Shown here piece after piece: positions 50,301 to 60,025 of a DNA stretch of 64,000 nucleotides. The notes beneath the pieces were generated by a model. The model ran no database searches. It saw only the letters and a program-made list of their open reading frames with translations, and was not told the origin of the DNA. The position numbers and the translations under genes were made by a program. Positions within the stretch are counted from its first letter, which is position 1; each line of letters opens with the position of its first letter. The stretch spans positions 1,984,001 through 2,048,000 of the forward strand of contig OZ242372.1 in the NCBI GenBank assembly GCA_965209035.1. The letters are read 5' to 3'. Source of the DNA: Gammaproteobacteria bacterium (lineage in GTDB: Bacteria; Pseudomonadota; Gammaproteobacteria; CBDBNL01; JAAOII01).

Positions 50301-50747
50301 AAAGACAAGTACATTCATTCGGTTGGAAGTATTTTGCCGCGCTTGCGTGTGCCGGCTGCAAAAACTTCACCAAAAGAAGCGAGAGAACTGTCGGATAAAG
50401 AATGGAAGAGTTCTCGTAGCAGACTAAACGCCAAAACCGGCGGCAGGTCCCGTGCCGGTCGGCCCCGTACCGGTCGAGATGAGCAAAGCGATCAATTCAT
50501 TTCTCTTTTTGAAAACATTCGTCGGCTACAAAAATTGCAAGATGCTATGGCGGCTGTTTTGAGGGCGGAGCTGCGCGACGACTGTCAACTTGCAAAATAC
50601 GAAAACGGGGAAATGGTAGTTTTTTGTGCGAATGCCAATGTGGCATCGTACTTGCGTTATCACGGACAAGAGTATATTGGCGAACTCAGAAGGCTGCCGG
50701 AGTTTTATTCTCTGCAATCTTTGCGGGTCCGGTTGCAAGTCAAGTGA
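50298..50747 (+). CDS. dciA: DciA/DUF721 family helicase-loader protein
   Basis: RLQKLQ..LRAELRDDCQLAKYENGEMVVFCANANVASYLRY..LRRLPEF..LRVRL pattern. Confidence 0.65.
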   Translation: MKDKYIHSVGSILPRLRVPAAKTSPKEARELSDKEWKSSRSRLNAKTGGRSRAGRPRTGRDEQSDQFISLFENIRRLQKLQDAMAAVLRAELRDDCQLAKYENGEMVVFCANANVASYLRYHGQEYIGELRRLPEFYSLQSLRVRLQVK

Positions 50748-50767
50748 GAAGTGGTAAACTTGTTAAG

Positions 50768-51691
50768 ATGTCATTTGGTGCAATAGATTATATTTGCGAC
50801 AGGTTCCGGCCGTCGCCATCCCCGATTTTGGTAATGTCCATTTTGGTCCGGGATGAAGCGGACATCATTGCGGATAATATCTTGTTTCACAGCAAGCAAG
50901 GTGTGGATGCGTTTGTTGTGGGAGACAATGCTTCTACGGACGGAACGCGCGAAAAGGTTGAAAAACTTGCAAAGGAACTGCCCGTTCATATTGTGGATTT
51001 CCCCGAGGGTCAGTACCGACAAACAACTTGGCGGACTCATATGGCGCGAATTGCTTATCGGAAGTTTAAAGCGACTCGGGTCATTAGTAATGATGCGGAT
51101 GAATTTTGGTATACCGAATCCGGGAATCTTAAACAAGAACTACCGCGTAGCAAGGCAATTATGCGCGTAGAACGATTCAATATGTTGTTCCTAAAAAAAA
51201 AAGATTATTATCAAAGTCCCTGGCGCGTCATCTCCCCCGTTCACTACAGAAGCAAATATCAAAAAAAGAATATTCGGATGTCAATTTCTTTGGCGAAACT
51301 GGCGCCGAAGGTTATTGTTGATCCGCGCGGTCTGTTGTTTGTGCGAGGCGGTAATCATCGGGCATTTCATTTGTTTTATTGGGGTATTCCGTCAACCTCA
51401 CAGGATATTTTGATTTACCACTTTCCTATGCGCGGTTATCGGGAGTTTTTACGCAGCGTCCGACACAGAGCCGAAGTGATGCAAAATGATCCCTCCACAC
51501 ACATTGGCCCGCACGATCTGCGTTGGATTAACCGTCTAAAAGAGGGCAAGCTTGCACAAGAATACGAAGATCTTATCTTTAGCCCGGATGAAATGAATAT
51601 CTTACAAAAACTTGGTTTTGTTGTTAAGGACTTTCGATTAATAGAGCGATTCAAACAACTGGGATTAATCAAGGAATTGGCAAATCAATGA
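50768..51691 (+). CDS. Glycosyltransferase family 2-like protein
   Basis: LVRDEADII, DNASTDGT, DADEFW, GNH, HFPMR. Confidence 0.85.
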   Translation: MSFGAIDYICDRFRPSPSPILVMSILVRDEADIIADNILFHSKQGVDAFVVGDNASTDGTREKVEKLAKELPVHIVDFPEGQYRQTTWRTHMARIAYRKFKATRVISNDADEFWYTESGNLKQELPRSKAIMRVERFNMLFLKKKDYYQSPWRVISPVHYRSKYQKKNIRMSISLAKLAPKVIVDPRGLLFVRGGNHRAFHLFYWGIPSTSQDILIYHFPMRGYREFLRSVRHRAEVMQNDPSTHIGPHDLRWINRLKEGKLAQEYEDLIFSPDEMNILQKLGFVVKDFRLIERFKQLGLIKELANQ

Positions 51692-51835
51692 TGCCGTTGG
51701 CAATACTTTCAATGCACCTGCCGGAAAAGGTTGGAATTTGATATGCTTCGTTTAAAACCGGAAGAAATTGGAGTGCCGTCGACCGAGATCGATATTGGTC
51801 CCGGGATGTGTATTAGTGTATACGGAAATTGAAGG

Positions 51836-53146
51836 ATGCCGGGAGGAATACGATTACGCTATATGGCTCGAATATTTTTTAAGTCTTGCGATGAGAAGCA
51901 ACCGTCGGATCTGTTGATGATTCTGTTCGGCTATCAGTATCGTAAACATTTTCATTATTACATTCAACTTAAAAAAAATTTAAGTTCCAATGTGAAACTT
52001 GCAAACTTAAAATTTACTTCAAGAAGCAATTTATCCTTGTTGCTATTCAAACTGTTATGGAGTGATTGTGATTGGAGTTATTGTTATTCCGATCAGTTTC
52101 GTTTGCTAATCATGAGAGAACTTAAAACAAGGGAAAATAAGATTGCGCGTAAGTATTCGTTTGTATATCGCAAGTTGTTTCTTTTTTTTAAATACGCACA
52201 TGCGATGATACTTTGGAAGTGCTATTACACATACTTAAAAAATCATCCGAGCTTTTTAATCGGCGTATGGAGCGGTGCCAAGTTTCGTTCACAATTGCTG
52301 GCTTTTGCGGCGACATCTCTTAACCGGAAAAGGGTTTACTTTGAGAATGGGTTATTGCCGGATACCATGACGATGGATGATCTGGGTGTTAATAATAATA
52401 ACAGCCTGCCGCGGACAGCAGACTTTTATTTGAATTATTGGTCGGCAGCAAAAAAAAATAGGATGACAACAAAACCGCTCAATCGTCTTACTCCACTAAA
52501 GAATACTCCCGCCGCGTCTGTGATTAGTCCCGCTTCTTTGCCGGAGCATTACATTTTTGTTCCGTTTCAAATTGATACGGATGCTCAAATCATAAACCAT
52601 TCCGATTGGATATCCCGTATGCGCGATTTGTTTTTCCTCTTATCGGATATCCGTCCCTTGTTAATCGATGAGAGGCTATGTTTTGTCATTAAAGAACATC
52701 CGCTCAGTAAAGAAAACTACACGAAACTACACAAAACTGCTGCTGCGGATCGCCATTTCAGTTACCCGATATTTGCAAGCGGCTATTCTGTTCAAACATT
52801 AATTGAGCATGCCCGCGGAGTATTGACCATTAATTCTACCGTAGGTATGGAGGCCTTACTCTTGCGCCAAAAAGTCATTACGCTTGGGAATGCCTGCTAC
52901 AACATACCGGGGCTGGTGCGACATGCGGACGACAGAGATTCCTTAATACGGCACATCAATACTTTGGATGCATGGGAACCGAATGCGGACTTGCGAAAGG
53001 CATTCCTGTCTTATGTTTATCATTATTATTGTATCCCGAGAACAAGAGATAATCCGACCGGGGAACATTGGGTGGCAATTAACGAAAGATTAAAGAAGAT
53101 GCTTGCTTCTCAACCTTGGTTACCGGGGATACAAATAGGACAATAA
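51836..53146 (+). CDS. Capsular polysaccharide biosynthesis protein (KpsS-like Kdo transferase family); start uncertain
   Basis: YFENGLLP, D..GVN..NSLP, FVPFQ..D.Q, IKEHP, TINSTVGMEAL, LGNACY. Confidence 0.8.
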   Translation: MPGGIRLRYMARIFFKSCDEKQPSDLLMILFGYQYRKHFHYYIQLKKNLSSNVKLANLKFTSRSNLSLLLFKLLWSDCDWSYCYSDQFRLLIMRELKTRENKIARKYSFVYRKLFLFFKYAHAMILWKCYYTYLKNHPSFLIGVWSGAKFRSQLLAFAATSLNRKRVYFENGLLPDTMTMDDLGVNNNNSLPRTADFYLNYWSAAKKNRMTTKPLNRLTPLKNTPAASVISPASLPEHYIFVPFQIDTDAQIINHSDWISRMRDLFFLLSDIRPLLIDERLCFVIKEHPLSKENYTKLHKTAAADRHFSYPIFASGYSVQTLIEHARGVLTINSTVGMEALLLRQKVITLGNACYNIPGLVRHADDRDSLIRHINTLDAWEPNADLRKAFLSYVYHYYCIPRTRDNPTGEHWVAINERLKKMLASQPWLPGIQIGQ

Positions 53147-53162
53147 AAGACGGGTTGTTTTT

Positions 53163-53660
53163 ATGAGTGGCAAGATCAAACTTTTTCTTACGGACATGGA
53201 CGGCGTCATGACAGACGGCTTGATTTACTATGGCACGGACGGCAACTTTTCCAAAGGGTTTCATGTACACGACGGCGTCGGTATGTTGCAGTTGAATACT
53301 TTGGGTATTAAGACCGGGATTATTACCTCCGAATCTTCTCCGATCGTGGCGGCCCGAGCCAAGCGTTTGAAGGTGGACTTTTTGCGTATGGGAGAAGAGA
53401 AGGGCTACAAGTTACCGGCCGCCAAAGAGATTTGCCGTCAAATAGACATCGGCTTGGAAGAAGTCGCCTATATTGGAGACGATGTTAACTGTTCGGATCT
53501 GTTGGAAGAAGTGGGCTATCCCGCTTGTCCGCCCAATTCGCACTATTCGGTCAAAGCAATCACCGGAATTTATCAAACACAAAAGCCGGGCGGATCAGGC
53601 GCCCTGCGCGAGTGGATTGATTATTTGTTGAAGCAGAATCTTTTTCAAGGAAGTTCGTAG
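53163..53660 (+). CDS. kdsC: KdsC-family HAD phosphatase (Kdo-8-phosphate phosphatase)
   Basis: TDMDGVMTDG, FHVHDG, YIGDDVN, GGSGALRE. Confidence 0.8.
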   Translation: MSGKIKLFLTDMDGVMTDGLIYYGTDGNFSKGFHVHDGVGMLQLNTLGIKTGIITSESSPIVAARAKRLKVDFLRMGEEKGYKLPAAKEICRQIDIGLEEVAYIGDDVNCSDLLEEVGYPACPPNSHYSVKAITGIYQTQKPGGSGALREWIDYLLKQNLFQGSS

Positions 53661-53744
53661 CACTTGTGAAGCCAAATCAATTGAAGGTGTTTGCGTCCGT
53701 CCGGAAATTCTACGATAAAACAGAAAAACCGATTAAGTAAAGAA

Positions 53745-54752
53745 ATGACAAAAATTGCGGTTACGGGTGCAGCCGGTTTCATAGGATTTCATCTTTGCCG
53801 GTCGTTGCTTTCTCAGGGGCATAGTGTCTGTGGCTTTGATCGACTCAATCCTTATTACGACCCGGCTCTGAAACTGGCAAGATTGGACATACTGCGGCAA
53901 CACAGCAACTTTTCGTTTTGTAAGACGGATTTTACGGAGATGACAAAAACTCGGGAGGCCATATCCGCCAGCCAAGCGGAGGTGGTTTATCATCTTGCCG
54001 CCCAGGCCGGTGTCCGTTATTCCTTGTTGGAACCTCAGAGTTATGTGAACAACAATCTGGCGGTGTTTCTGCACATCCTCGAAGCCTGCCGTCATTGCTC
54101 CGTTAAGCACCTGCTCTATGCCTCTTCAAGCTCGGTTTACGGGCTGAATCACTCGGTTCCTTTTAGAGAAACCGACTTGACCGACAGCCCGGCTTCCTTA
54201 TATGCCGCTACGAAAAAGTCCAACGAATTGATGGCACACGCCTATGCGCATCTGTACGGGTTGCCTGTAACAGGATTGCGTTTTTTTACCGTATATGGCC
54301 CTTGGGGCAGGCCGGATATGGCATACTACAAGTTTGCAAAGTTTCTACAGGCCGGAGAGCCGCTGCCGCTGTTCAACCAAGGAAAAATGGAACGTGATTT
54401 TACTTATGTGGACGATGTGGTGACAGCCATGACGGCACTAATGGACAAGACATCGCCGGAACAGCCCCCCGCCCGTGTTTTTAACTTGGGTAGCGGCAAC
54501 CCGATGTCTCTGCGGGTGTTTGTTGAAACACTTGCCGAATGCATGAATTGCCCGATTGTGGAAAATCCATTACCAATGCAGCCGGGAGATGTGCGCCGCA
54601 CCTATGCGGATACGACCGCCCTGCGGTCTGTGATAGATTGGCAACCGCGTGTTTCTTTGCAAGAGGGGCTCAAAAAGTTTGTTGCATGGTTTTTAAAAGA
54701 AGGAAAAAAGTATCACCTGGAAACGGATAAGAAAACCCCAAACACGGATTAA
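53745..54752 (+). CDS. NAD-dependent epimerase (UDP-glucuronate 4-epimerase-like)
   Basis: TGAAGFIG, HLAAQAGVRYS, YAATKK, RFFTVYGPWGRPDMA, PMQPGDV. Confidence 0.9.
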   Translation: MTKIAVTGAAGFIGFHLCRSLLSQGHSVCGFDRLNPYYDPALKLARLDILRQHSNFSFCKTDFTEMTKTREAISASQAEVVYHLAAQAGVRYSLLEPQSYVNNNLAVFLHILEACRHCSVKHLLYASSSSVYGLNHSVPFRETDLTDSPASLYAATKKSNELMAHAYAHLYGLPVTGLRFFTVYGPWGRPDMAYYKFAKFLQAGEPLPLFNQGKMERDFTYVDDVVTAMTALMDKTSPEQPPARVFNLGSGNPMSLRVFVETLAECMNCPIVENPLPMQPGDVRRTYADTTALRSVIDWQPRVSLQEGLKKFVAWFLKEGKKYHLETDKKTPNTD

Positions 54753-54765
54753 AATATAAAAGAAA

Positions 54766-55812
54766 ATGAAATACAGACATCTTGGAAAAACGGATATTCG
54801 GGTTAGTGAAATCTGTCTCGGCACCATGACATGGGGCGAGCAGAATAGCGAAACCGATGCCTGCGAGCAATTGGATTACGCATTGGAGCGGGGCGTTAAT
54901 TTTATAGACACGGCGGAAATCTATTCTGTGCCAACCCGAAAGGCAACATACGGCAAGACGGAAACCTATATCGGTAACTGGCTGAGTCGTCGCCAAAAAC
55001 GCGATGATTTGATTTTGGCAACCAAGGTGGCGGGACGCAGCCCCATTAATTATGCGCGCGCAAAATCCGCCACCACTTGTTTGTCTCGCGAACAGATTAT
55101 GACCGCTTGTGAGGGGAGTTTGAAACGCTTGCAAACTGATTATATCGATCTGTATCAGTTACATTGGCCGGAACGCAGCAGCAATTTTTTTGGCAAACTC
55201 AACTACGAACACAAAGAAGAGACGGGCTTGGTCCCTATGGAAGAGACATTGGAGGCACTGGATCGACTGGTTAAGAGCGGAAAAGTGAGGCATGTCGGTA
55301 TCTCAAACGAAACGCCCTGGGGGGCAATGCGGTTTCTGCAGATGGCGGAAGCGAATAATTGGCCGCGTATGGTTAGCATCCAGAATCCTTACAGTCTCCT
55401 TAATCGGGTATATGAGGTGGGACTTGCCGAGGTATCTGTGCGCGAATCTTGCGGGTTGCTTGCTTATTCGCCACTTGCGTTCGGGGTCTTATCCGGGAAA
55501 TACTTAAACGGCGAATCTCCGCCCGGTGCCCGTTTGACATTATGGGGCGACCAGTTTCCGCGCTATCAAACCGCCCCGGCAAAAGAAGCCACCCGGGAAT
55601 ATGTTGACTTGGCAAGACGGTATGAAACAGATGCGGCGCAAATGGCACTTGCCTATCTTCTCACCAAGCCGTTTGTTACTTCCGTTATCATAGGCGCCAC
55701 TTCCATGCAACAACTAAAAAGCAATATCGCCGCGTCGGATTTAAGTTTGAATGACAGTATCCGGGCGGGTATAGAAGATATTTCTGTCCGATATTCTAAC
55801 CCCAGTCCCTGA
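54766..55812 (+). CDS. tas: NADP(H)-dependent aldo-keto reductase Tas
   Basis: CLGTMTWGEQN, DTAEIY, YQLHWPER, SNETPWG, IQNPYSLLNR. Confidence 0.9.
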   Translation: MKYRHLGKTDIRVSEICLGTMTWGEQNSETDACEQLDYALERGVNFIDTAEIYSVPTRKATYGKTETYIGNWLSRRQKRDDLILATKVAGRSPINYARAKSATTCLSREQIMTACEGSLKRLQTDYIDLYQLHWPERSSNFFGKLNYEHKEETGLVPMEETLEALDRLVKSGKVRHVGISNETPWGAMRFLQMAEANNWPRMVSIQNPYSLLNRVYEVGLAEVSVRESCGLLAYSPLAFGVLSGKYLNGESPPGARLTLWGDQFPRYQTAPAKEATREYVDLARRYETDAAQMALAYLLTKPFVTSVIIGATSMQQLKSNIAASDLSLNDSIRAGIEDISVRYSNPSP

Positions 55813-55853
55813 GGCACCGTCTGTCTCTTTTTCCATACATACCCCATACATAG

Positions 55854-56513
55854 ATGCGGGATAAAAGCATTCCGTTGGATCAAACTCTGACAGATTATCT
55901 GTGTCGTGTCGGCGGGATAGATACTGCCGAATTGACAAAATTGCGCGCCGCGGCCGCCGAACATCCGAGCGGTGAAATGCAGACTACCGCACAACAGGGG
56001 CAGTTGCTTTACTTCTTGATGAAATTGATCAACGCAAAGAAGGTTTTGGAGTTGGGAGTTTTTCTTGGTTACGGCACTCTGTCGATCGCACTGGCATTGC
56101 CCAAAGACGGCAAGGTGATGGCCTGTGATAACGACGAAAATGCCCATGCCAATGCGTATCCTTACTGGCAGCGTGCCGGGGTTGCGGAAAAGATAGACTT
56201 TCGTCCTGTGTCGGCATCCGGTCTTCTCAGACACCTGGCGGACGCGGGTGTCCGCGATCTGGATGCCGTTTTCATAGATGCCGACAAGGGGGGATATGCC
56301 AATTATTACGAGATGTCTTTGCCGTTGCTGCGTCCGGGCGGCCTGCTGATTTTGGATAACATGCTCTGGCGCGGTCTGGTTGCCGAGCCGTCGCCAACCG
56401 AAGAACCCCAGCGAAGTTTGGATGCCTTGAATCGCCATATCCATCGGGATGCCAGAGTGGATATGTGTTTGTTACCCTTGGCGGATGGTATGATGCTCGT
56501 TCGGAAAAAATAG
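55854..56513 (+). CDS. Class I SAM-dependent O-methyltransferase (CCoAOMT-like)
   Basis: LELGVFLGY, FIDADK, GGLLILDNMLWRG, LPLADG. Confidence 0.9.
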   Translation: MRDKSIPLDQTLTDYLCRVGGIDTAELTKLRAAAAEHPSGEMQTTAQQGQLLYFLMKLINAKKVLELGVFLGYGTLSIALALPKDGKVMACDNDENAHANAYPYWQRAGVAEKIDFRPVSASGLLRHLADAGVRDLDAVFIDADKGGYANYYEMSLPLLRPGGLLILDNMLWRGLVAEPSPTEEPQRSLDALNRHIHRDARVDMCLLPLADGMMLVRKK

Positions 56514-56519
56514 ATTAAA

Positions 56520-57719
56520 TTGCCCGCTGACATAAACACCTTTTTTCTTCCAAACTACGGGGATCGCTCTGTCTCCTTTGTTAGCGGCAGCGGCTGCTAT
56601 CTGACAGACGAAGCCGGCAAAGAATATTTGGATTTTAGCGGCGGTATTGCGGTCAATCATCTGGGACACTGTCATCCCGCTCTTGTTGAGGCATTGCGTC
56701 TGCAAGCTGGCCGTCTGTGGCATGTCAGTAATTGGTGGCTCAACGAACCGGTTTGCCGACTGGCGCAGGCTCTAACCGAAAAAACATTTGCCGCAGGCGT
56801 ATTTCTTTGCAATTCCGGACTGGAAGCCAACGAGGCCGCTTTGAAGTTGGCACGCAAGTACGGAAAAGAAGCGGGCGGTGCGGGCAAACATAAAATTGTG
56901 TGTTTTGAAGGGGGGTTTCACGGCCGTTCTTTGTTCACCGCGGCTGTCAGTTCCAAGCCGTCGCACAGAGAACCGTTTGCGCCGCTGCCTGCTGGAATTG
57001 TCCGTTGCCCCTACAACGATATTGCATCCTTGCGCGCGGCCATGAATGAGGAAATCTGTGCCGTGATTTTGGAGCCGGTGCAAGGCGAACGAGGGGTGTA
57101 TCCTGCGGATGTTCCGTTTATGCGTGCGGTGAGGGAACTCTGCACGCAACATCATTCCTTGTTGATCTTAGATGAGGTGCAGTCCGGCATGGGCAGGACC
57201 GGCGAACTATTCGCTTATATGCATTACGGCATAACACCGGATTTAATGACTTGCGCCAAGGCACTTGGCGGCGGCTTTCCCATAGGGGCACTTCTGGTCG
57301 GCGACAAGTATACGGATGTTCTCTCCGCGGGCAGTCACGGCAGCACCTTTGGCGGTAATCCTCTTGCGGCTGCCGTGGCTTACGAGGCTCTGCGTCTGAC
57401 GGACAATCCTTCCTTAATGAAAGACATTAAGGAAAAAAGTATTTTTTTGAAAAAAACCTTGTCGGACATTAACCAAAAAGGCGATGTATTTGACGATGTT
57501 CGCGCAGCCGGGCTTTTATTGGGTGCTTCCTTAAAGAAAGCCTATCCCGGCAAACTCGTGATGGAAAAATGCCGAGAGGCGGGGCTGCTGGTGCTGTTGG
57601 CGGGAGACGGTGATGTATTGCGGCTGGCACCGCCTTTGCTAATCGGCTCCGCGGATCTTCAAAAGGGTGCCGATATTTTGAAGTCCGTTTTTGCCTCCTC
57701 GGCAAGAGCGGCAAAATAA
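56520..57719 (+). CDS. argD: Acetylornithine/succinylornithine aminotransferase
   Basis: GIAVNHLGH, NSGLEANEAA, FHGR, DEVQSGMGRTG, AKALGGGFP, HGSTFGGNP. Confidence 0.9.
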   Translation: MPADINTFFLPNYGDRSVSFVSGSGCYLTDEAGKEYLDFSGGIAVNHLGHCHPALVEALRLQAGRLWHVSNWWLNEPVCRLAQALTEKTFAAGVFLCNSGLEANEAALKLARKYGKEAGGAGKHKIVCFEGGFHGRSLFTAAVSSKPSHREPFAPLPAGIVRCPYNDIASLRAAMNEEICAVILEPVQGERGVYPADVPFMRAVRELCTQHHSLLILDEVQSGMGRTGELFAYMHYGITPDLMTCAKALGGGFPIGALLVGDKYTDVLSAGSHGSTFGGNPLAAAVAYEALRLTDNPSLMKDIKEKSIFLKKTLSDINQKGDVFDDVRAAGLLLGASLKKAYPGKLVMEKCREAGLLVLLAGDGDVLRLAPPLLIGSADLQKGADILKSVFASSARAAK

Positions 57720-57814
57720 TAAGAGGCGGCCCAAAGCAACCCGAGGCAGCTTCAAGCAACCCGGGGCAACCGCAAGACGCAGCATAAAAACAGAAAACAT
57801 CACAGAAAATATAG

Positions 57815-58489
57815 ATGAGTTACTTGCTATTGGGGGCGATATTGCTTCTTTCTCTTGCCCCTCAATTTTGGGCAAAACGGATGATGAAAAAACATTCGGA
57901 GAATCTGTCGGACATCCCCGGCACAGGCGGACAATTAGTGCGTCACCTCAAAAAAAAGTTTCGTCTTAAGGAAGTCGGGTTGGAAGAAACAACCCAGGGC
58001 GATCACTTTAATCCGCAGACCAACACCATTTATCTCACCAAACAAAATATGGAAGGCAGGTCCTTAACCGCCGTGGCGGTTGCAACGCATGAGTTTAGCC
58101 ATGCCTTGCAGCATGCGGAAGGTTCCGCTCTGTTGCAACTAAGGACAACTATGGCAAATTTTATTATTTTTTTGTATAAATGTTTTGATGTTCTTCTCTT
58201 GTTGGGTCTTGCCTTTGCTTTTTTTAATCCGTTGGTGACAAGAATTATTTTTTTACTTTGGTTTCTCAGTCGTCTGCTTGGTATAGCCGTTCACCTGGTA
58301 ACCTTGCCTGTTGAGTTGGATGCCAGTTTTCGCAAGGCACTTCCGATTCTTAAAGAATACCTTGCCGCCGACAAGCTGAGCATCGTCCGAAGCATTCTAA
58401 CCGCTTGTGCCTACACCTATCTTGCCGCATCAGTTGCCGCCTTTTGGGCGATCATTTATATTCTGGGCCGACGACGCTTCTTGCCGTAA
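57815..58489 (+). CDS. Membrane zinc metallopeptidase (YugP-like)
   Basis: DHFNP, AVATHEFSHALQH (HExxH), VTLPVELDAS, A.TYLAA. Confidence 0.88.
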   Translation: MSYLLLGAILLLSLAPQFWAKRMMKKHSENLSDIPGTGGQLVRHLKKKFRLKEVGLEETTQGDHFNPQTNTIYLTKQNMEGRSLTAVAVATHEFSHALQHAEGSALLQLRTTMANFIIFLYKCFDVLLLLGLAFAFFNPLVTRIIFLLWFLSRLLGIAVHLVTLPVELDASFRKALPILKEYLAADKLSIVRSILTACAYTYLAASVAAFWAIIYILGRRRFLP

Positions 58490-58493
58490 TTCG

Positions 58494-59324
58494 GTGAGCC
58501 GCCGATTATCATCCGGATCCGGGTTTTCGGGATTCAAGAGTTGGAAGATCATTTCTCTTGTTCTTTTCGGAACTCTGTTGCTGGGCAGCCGAGCTGCCCA
58601 GACCAAAGAGGTCATGACAGACTATTTGGAGTCCACAAATTATCTGGATTACGAGCATCCGCTAGTCCAAAAAACACTTGCTGCGGTGATTAAAGAAGCC
58701 GAGACGCCGGAAGAAAAGATCGAGAGTATTTTTTATTTTGTGCGTGATGACATTGCGTTTGGCTGGACTCCGCGTATCTACGAGATGAAGGCATCCGATG
58801 TCTTGACCGCGGGTGTGGGCTTTGCCAATACCAAAGGAACCCTTTTTGTCGCCTTACTGCGTGCGGCCGGCATTCCGGCCCGGCAGCGTTTTTATCGCAT
58901 TCGCGATCATGTCATCAGAGGGTTCATCTCTCGCCCCAATCATCAGTTGGATTATTCCTATACCGAGGTGTTTCTCAACGACAAGTGGATCAAGACAGAT
59001 GCTTACACCGTGGATATGCCGTTATACCTGCGCTCAATTCAAAAGCTTAAAGACAAGAAAAAAGACTACGGCTACGGTGTGTTGCTTGACGGTTCCGTGA
59101 CATGGGACCCGCACGAGCACCGCTTTATTCAGTTTTACGGTCACCAAAGTCGGTTGGTTTTGGAGCATCACGGAGTATTCAAAGATGTAGAAGACTTTTA
59201 TGCCAAGTTACACGGTAATGACAGAATTCCCAAGTACGCGCCCAAAGTCATTATCCGCCAGTACATTGCTCGGGTGCAAAACAGGGTGCGCCGAGTGCGG
59301 CAAGATAACCCACAGGTGAGGTAG
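58494..59324 (+). CDS. Secreted transglutaminase-like protein, catalytic Cys and His substituted; start uncertain
   Basis: FYFVRDDI, ASDVL..G.GFANTK..L..ALLRAAGIPAR, YSYTEV..W..D; hydrophobic N-terminus. Confidence 0.75.
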   Translation: MSRRLSSGSGFSGFKSWKIISLVLFGTLLLGSRAAQTKEVMTDYLESTNYLDYEHPLVQKTLAAVIKEAETPEEKIESIFYFVRDDIAFGWTPRIYEMKASDVLTAGVGFANTKGTLFVALLRAAGIPARQRFYRIRDHVIRGFISRPNHQLDYSYTEVFLNDKWIKTDAYTVDMPLYLRSIQKLKDKKKDYGYGVLLDGSVTWDPHEHRFIQFYGHQSRLVLEHHGVFKDVEDFYAKLHGNDRIPKYAPKVIIRQYIARVQNRVRRVRQDNPQVR

Positions 59325-59374
59325 CCTGTCGGGATATTTCTTCTTAAATTCGCACCTCATTAAAGGGTTCTTTT

Positions 59375-60025
59375 CTATCCGCCGAGAACATAAATACCAA
59401 GTGAAGCTAGGCCGCCGATTGTCGACACCAGGATGGTACTGATAATTATGGTCATCAGATTTGTCAATAATCGGTTTGTTGCTTGAGTAGATTTCATAAA
59501 TGTATTCATCTGCTCGCGCAAGGCTCCGATAGATGTGTCAATATGCGTGTACAGAGCGTCAAACTTATTGTTGAGAATAGCGATATCCTTTTTAATCGTA
59601 GTGACATCCTCTTTGAGTACACTGACATCGCTTTTGAGTGTGGTGACATCCTCTTTGAGCACACTGACATCGCTTTTGAGTATGGCGACATCCTTTTTGA
59701 GCACACTGACATCGCTTTTGAGTGTGGCGACATCCTCTTTGAGCACACTGACATCGCTTTTGAGTGTGGTGACATCCTCTTTGAGCATACTGACATCTTT
59801 CTTAAGAATGGTAACATCTTTCTTAAGAATGGTAACATCGTTCTTAAGAATAGTTGTATCATTTATTTGAGCATCGACAGATTGCTTCAAAGACTGATAA
59901 TACCTATGATCTTTTGCCGTTTTGGCGGCAACACGCCGGGCATGTTCATCGGCTATGCCTGCATTTCGCAAGGATTCATACATATCTTTGTGCATCGTGC
60001 TACTTAACATGTTTGTGTTTTTCAT
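59375..60025 (-). CDS. Membrane-anchored coiled-coil protein (DUF1640/CCDC90-like architecture)
   Basis: Head MYESLRNAGIADEHARRVA, about 13 heptads (V..LK.D), C-terminal TM helix. Confidence 0.65.
   Translation of the reverse strand: MKNTNMLSSTMHKDMYESLRNAGIADEHARRVAAKTAKDHRYYQSLKQSVDAQINDTTILKNDVTILKKDVTILKKDVSMLKEDVTTLKSDVSVLKEDVATLKSDVSVLKKDVAILKSDVSVLKEDVTTLKSDVSVLKEDVTTIKKDIAILNNKFDALYTHIDTSIGALREQMNTFMKSTQATNRLLTNLMTIIISTILVSTIGGLASLGIYVLGG
59581..59855 (-). repeat. 21/42-bp tandem repeats encoding heptads
   Basis: gacatcctctttgagcacact / gacatcgcttttgagtgtggt alternating units. Confidence 0.9.

Noticed and set aside
59483-60007. Alternative-frame repeat ORFs or CRISPR in the 21-bp repeats
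   Set aside because: Explained by heptad coding on the minus strand; no spacers.
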